NCBI GenBank assembly: GCA_950097015.1
Contig: CATNEN010000003.1
Location: forward strand, 7,812,001 to 7,876,000
Direction of reading: 5' to 3'
DNA: 64,000 nt
Source: Macrostomum hystrix
Lineage: Eukaryota > Animalia > Platyhelminthes
The position numbers were made by a program, and so were the translations under genes. Position 1 is the first letter of the stretch; every line of letters starts with the position of its first letter. Shown in pieces: positions 61,566-64,000 of this stretch. Below the pieces are notes generated by a model that saw only the letters and a program-made list of their open reading frames with translations, was not told the DNA's origin and did not search any database.

Positions 61566-63159
61566 ATGGCGTTACGCTTTTATGTTAGTAACGCCGGACA
61601 CTTTCTGTGCTGCGCTGTTTCTGTGCTGAATTGTTTGCATATTGCGTTGCATTCAACTTTTTTAATGCGTTAAACTAATGGTTTAATTAACAGTTTAATT
61701 AGTAAAAGCATAGCTTAATAAAGAGAGTTAACAAAAGGACGAAATTGGTGCCCCGAGTGTTAAATTGGCTGCTCCTTAACCACACTTTTGGCCACAGACA
61801 TGAGGCAGCAGTGACTGCAGCGCATGCATTCTGCCACTTGGTGTTAAATTGAGTGCTCGCAGTGTCTATTTGGATGCAAAAAGGAATAATAAAGGAGTTT
61901 GGATTCACAACAAATGACAGTGCTGCCAGGCAGCCTTTTGGCATCGTTTTGAGAGACTTTAAGTTTGTATTAGTTAAGAGTAGAAATTTAGTAGGGCCTA
62001 GAGCATGTTAGTAGAATGCAGATGTGTGAATACTTTCTCTCCCACCAACCAGCTCATCCCTTATGGTCATAGATAAACACTTCCAAGCATGTAGACCATT
62101 TTGCTTTATATTTCTCCCACACTGAACATTTGCCAGACAAGTTCCCTAGAACCCCAGAAGCAGCCCCAGTTTGTTAAGTGAAAAAAGCAACCTTAATGAT
62201 TGAAATTCTAAGTTGTTGCATGAATTGAAAATGAAACTTTTCAAAAAATGATTAATGAAAGATTTAAAAAAGATTGCTAAGAGGTCCTATATCATATAGG
62301 CCTACTATTATCTCTAGTTAGGCCTAGGCCCCAATAGGCCTAATAACAAGTAAATTTAGACTTTTTAGTTTTTAAAGGATAAATTGTACAATAACACTAC
62401 GGCCAAACCTAAAGAAAAGATAGAAAAAAGGCAGAACATCAATAGAAGGGGAAATGATTTTATTTTTCCCTTAGGGGCCTATTGGTTGCTTTCTAAAACC
62501 CAACAATACAAAAAAACTACAAAAAATTAGTAAAGCTATAAGATCCAGGGCATCAATCTATCATAAAATTAAAGAAGAGAGTCTAAAGACAAAGTTTATT
62601 TAATATACATTTATACTACATCGGTAATAAATACAAGTTTCCAAATAAAATTCCTTATCTTTAGTTATTGGCCTAGTCATAGATATTACTAACAATGTCA
62701 ATTTTTTCTTTTTTTACTCTGGGTTTTCTTTTGACAGAAACAACAGGTGTTAATGATAGGACTGTATTACAATGCGTTATAGGCCTAAGCACACTCAGTG
62801 CTCTATAGGCACATTTGCTACTAGAACAATGCTAAACGTCAGACAAATTATTTAAACTTTTTTTCTAAGAAAAGAAACAGTTAAGCAAAGTTTTAATACT
62901 TTCTAATAGTAATTTAGGCTGACCACGTGAGAAAAAGAATTTTTTGCTACCTAAACCTTGAGTTTTGTACGAAAAGTTTTTATTTGTGTATACTTTTGAG
63001 TACACATACTTTTCTTAAAGGCATTACGTATGGCATTTAGTGCATAAAGACACACGACTTAACGACGAGCGTAGGCCTACTGTTCTAGTTAGCCAGTTCC
63101 GTAGGGCCTAATTCTCACTAAAATATTTACGTCATTTTCTATCCTGATTGACAGCAGCA

Positions 63160-63477
63160 ATGCTTGGCGCACAAGCGCGCTTGCTTTTGCGATTAATTCC
63201 TAGGGCTAATCACTATGCTAATAATTTTTCGGCTAGCCTAACAACACTGTGCACCCCCACTTTTCCCAGCAACAGTCAACTCCAAAGCTTACGTTTTTGT
63301 TCCTGGCCCATCAAACGGGTCACGCAGACAAAAAACATTGCGCTTGTAGGGCAATATCTTCTGCCTCGAAGGTATCTTGCTGGTGGCAATGACAAGGAGG
63401 ACTATATTGTACATCAAAATTCATTGACTGAAGCAGAAAAGAAATCAATTGATTCCTCTGTTGCAAAGGATTATGAG
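63160..63477 (+). CDS. First coding exon of a probable mitochondrially targeted protein
   Basis: ATG at 63160 just after an acceptor-like ...ttgacag. R/L/S-rich, acid-free N-terminus (MLGAQARLLLRLIPRANHY...) ending RRYLA, then an acidic segment. GAG|GT donor at 63478. Confidence 0.55.
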
Positions 63478-64000
63478 GTTTGTAATAAAAGAGTATAACT
63501 TTTTTCAACCTCTGTAAATCAAATTTGTTGCAAATTTAATGTATGTATAATATATACATTACTTATATTGTTACTTATACCTAAGTAATAAATAGATACC
63601 TAAGCTAAACAAAAGTATATTTGAGCTACATTTTATTTACAATGTACATATAGGCCCTATAATTATTTGTCAATGTTATAAAATTATTTGTTAATATTTT
63701 TCTTCAACTAAAATGACAATTATTTTATTTATAGGCCATTCTGCCAGTGTAGTGTAATTCTGGCAGATTTATTAATATTTATTTTTGTTTTATTGCTATT
63801 CAGTACAACTGTGCGACTTAGTTTTTGCTCTATATATGACTTAGTTTGCTCTCATTTGCTCTCTTTTTCTCTCCCCTTTTTTCCTTTTCTTCACGCCTTC
63901 CTTTTTTGTCCCTTGGTCCCGCCTTTGATTTTTTTGCGCTTGGTTGATTTTGTGACTTACCTTGCTGGCACTCATTTCACCCGGCCAACTCGGCCGGGTG

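Larger units (their letters stand above)
56187..61891 (+). mobile_element. IS630/Tc1-like transposon (element C) with ~150-bp TIRs; transposase split by a 4.3-kb insertion
   Basis: 56187-56339 is the reverse complement of 61739-61891, with TA at each end. Transposase remnants at ~56450-56651 (VDIASWLQLNKNTVFSIQKRY) and 60952-61565 (NPMMTLAEM..VSTATISRAL, VFIDETG). Confidence 0.88.

Overview
Eukaryotic (metazoan) genomic DNA with GT-AG introns. The density of unrelated minisatellites and the AUG-less first exon fit a free-living flatworm such as Macrostomum, but that assignment is inference only. Three conserved genes run head-to-tail on the minus strand: BRPF1/peregrin-like (35678-54419), SMG8 (28980-34490) and SLC33A1 acetyl-CoA transporter (22238-~26903). 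A complete 4-exon DEG/ENaC channel gene (41353-43485, +) is nested antisense in the last BRPF intron. Two uncharacterised single-pass membrane protein genes sit divergently at the left end, and the first exon of a probable mitochondrial protein sits at the right end. Most long introns and spacers carry their own distinct 16-42 bp minisatellite, which explains most long low-complexity ORFs in the track. Mobile DNA includes five copies of a tRNA-derived SINE (one with an 11-bp TSD), several MITEs and two nested stacks. One stack is a hairpin MITE inside an IS630/Tc1 element inside another IS630/Tc1 element; the other is a Helitron inside a CMC/EnSpm-like element inside an IS630/Tc1 element. The top hypothesis is a BRPF-SMG8-SLC33A1 trans-spliced operon in which the spliced leader supplies the start AUG for SMG8 and possibly SLC33A1.
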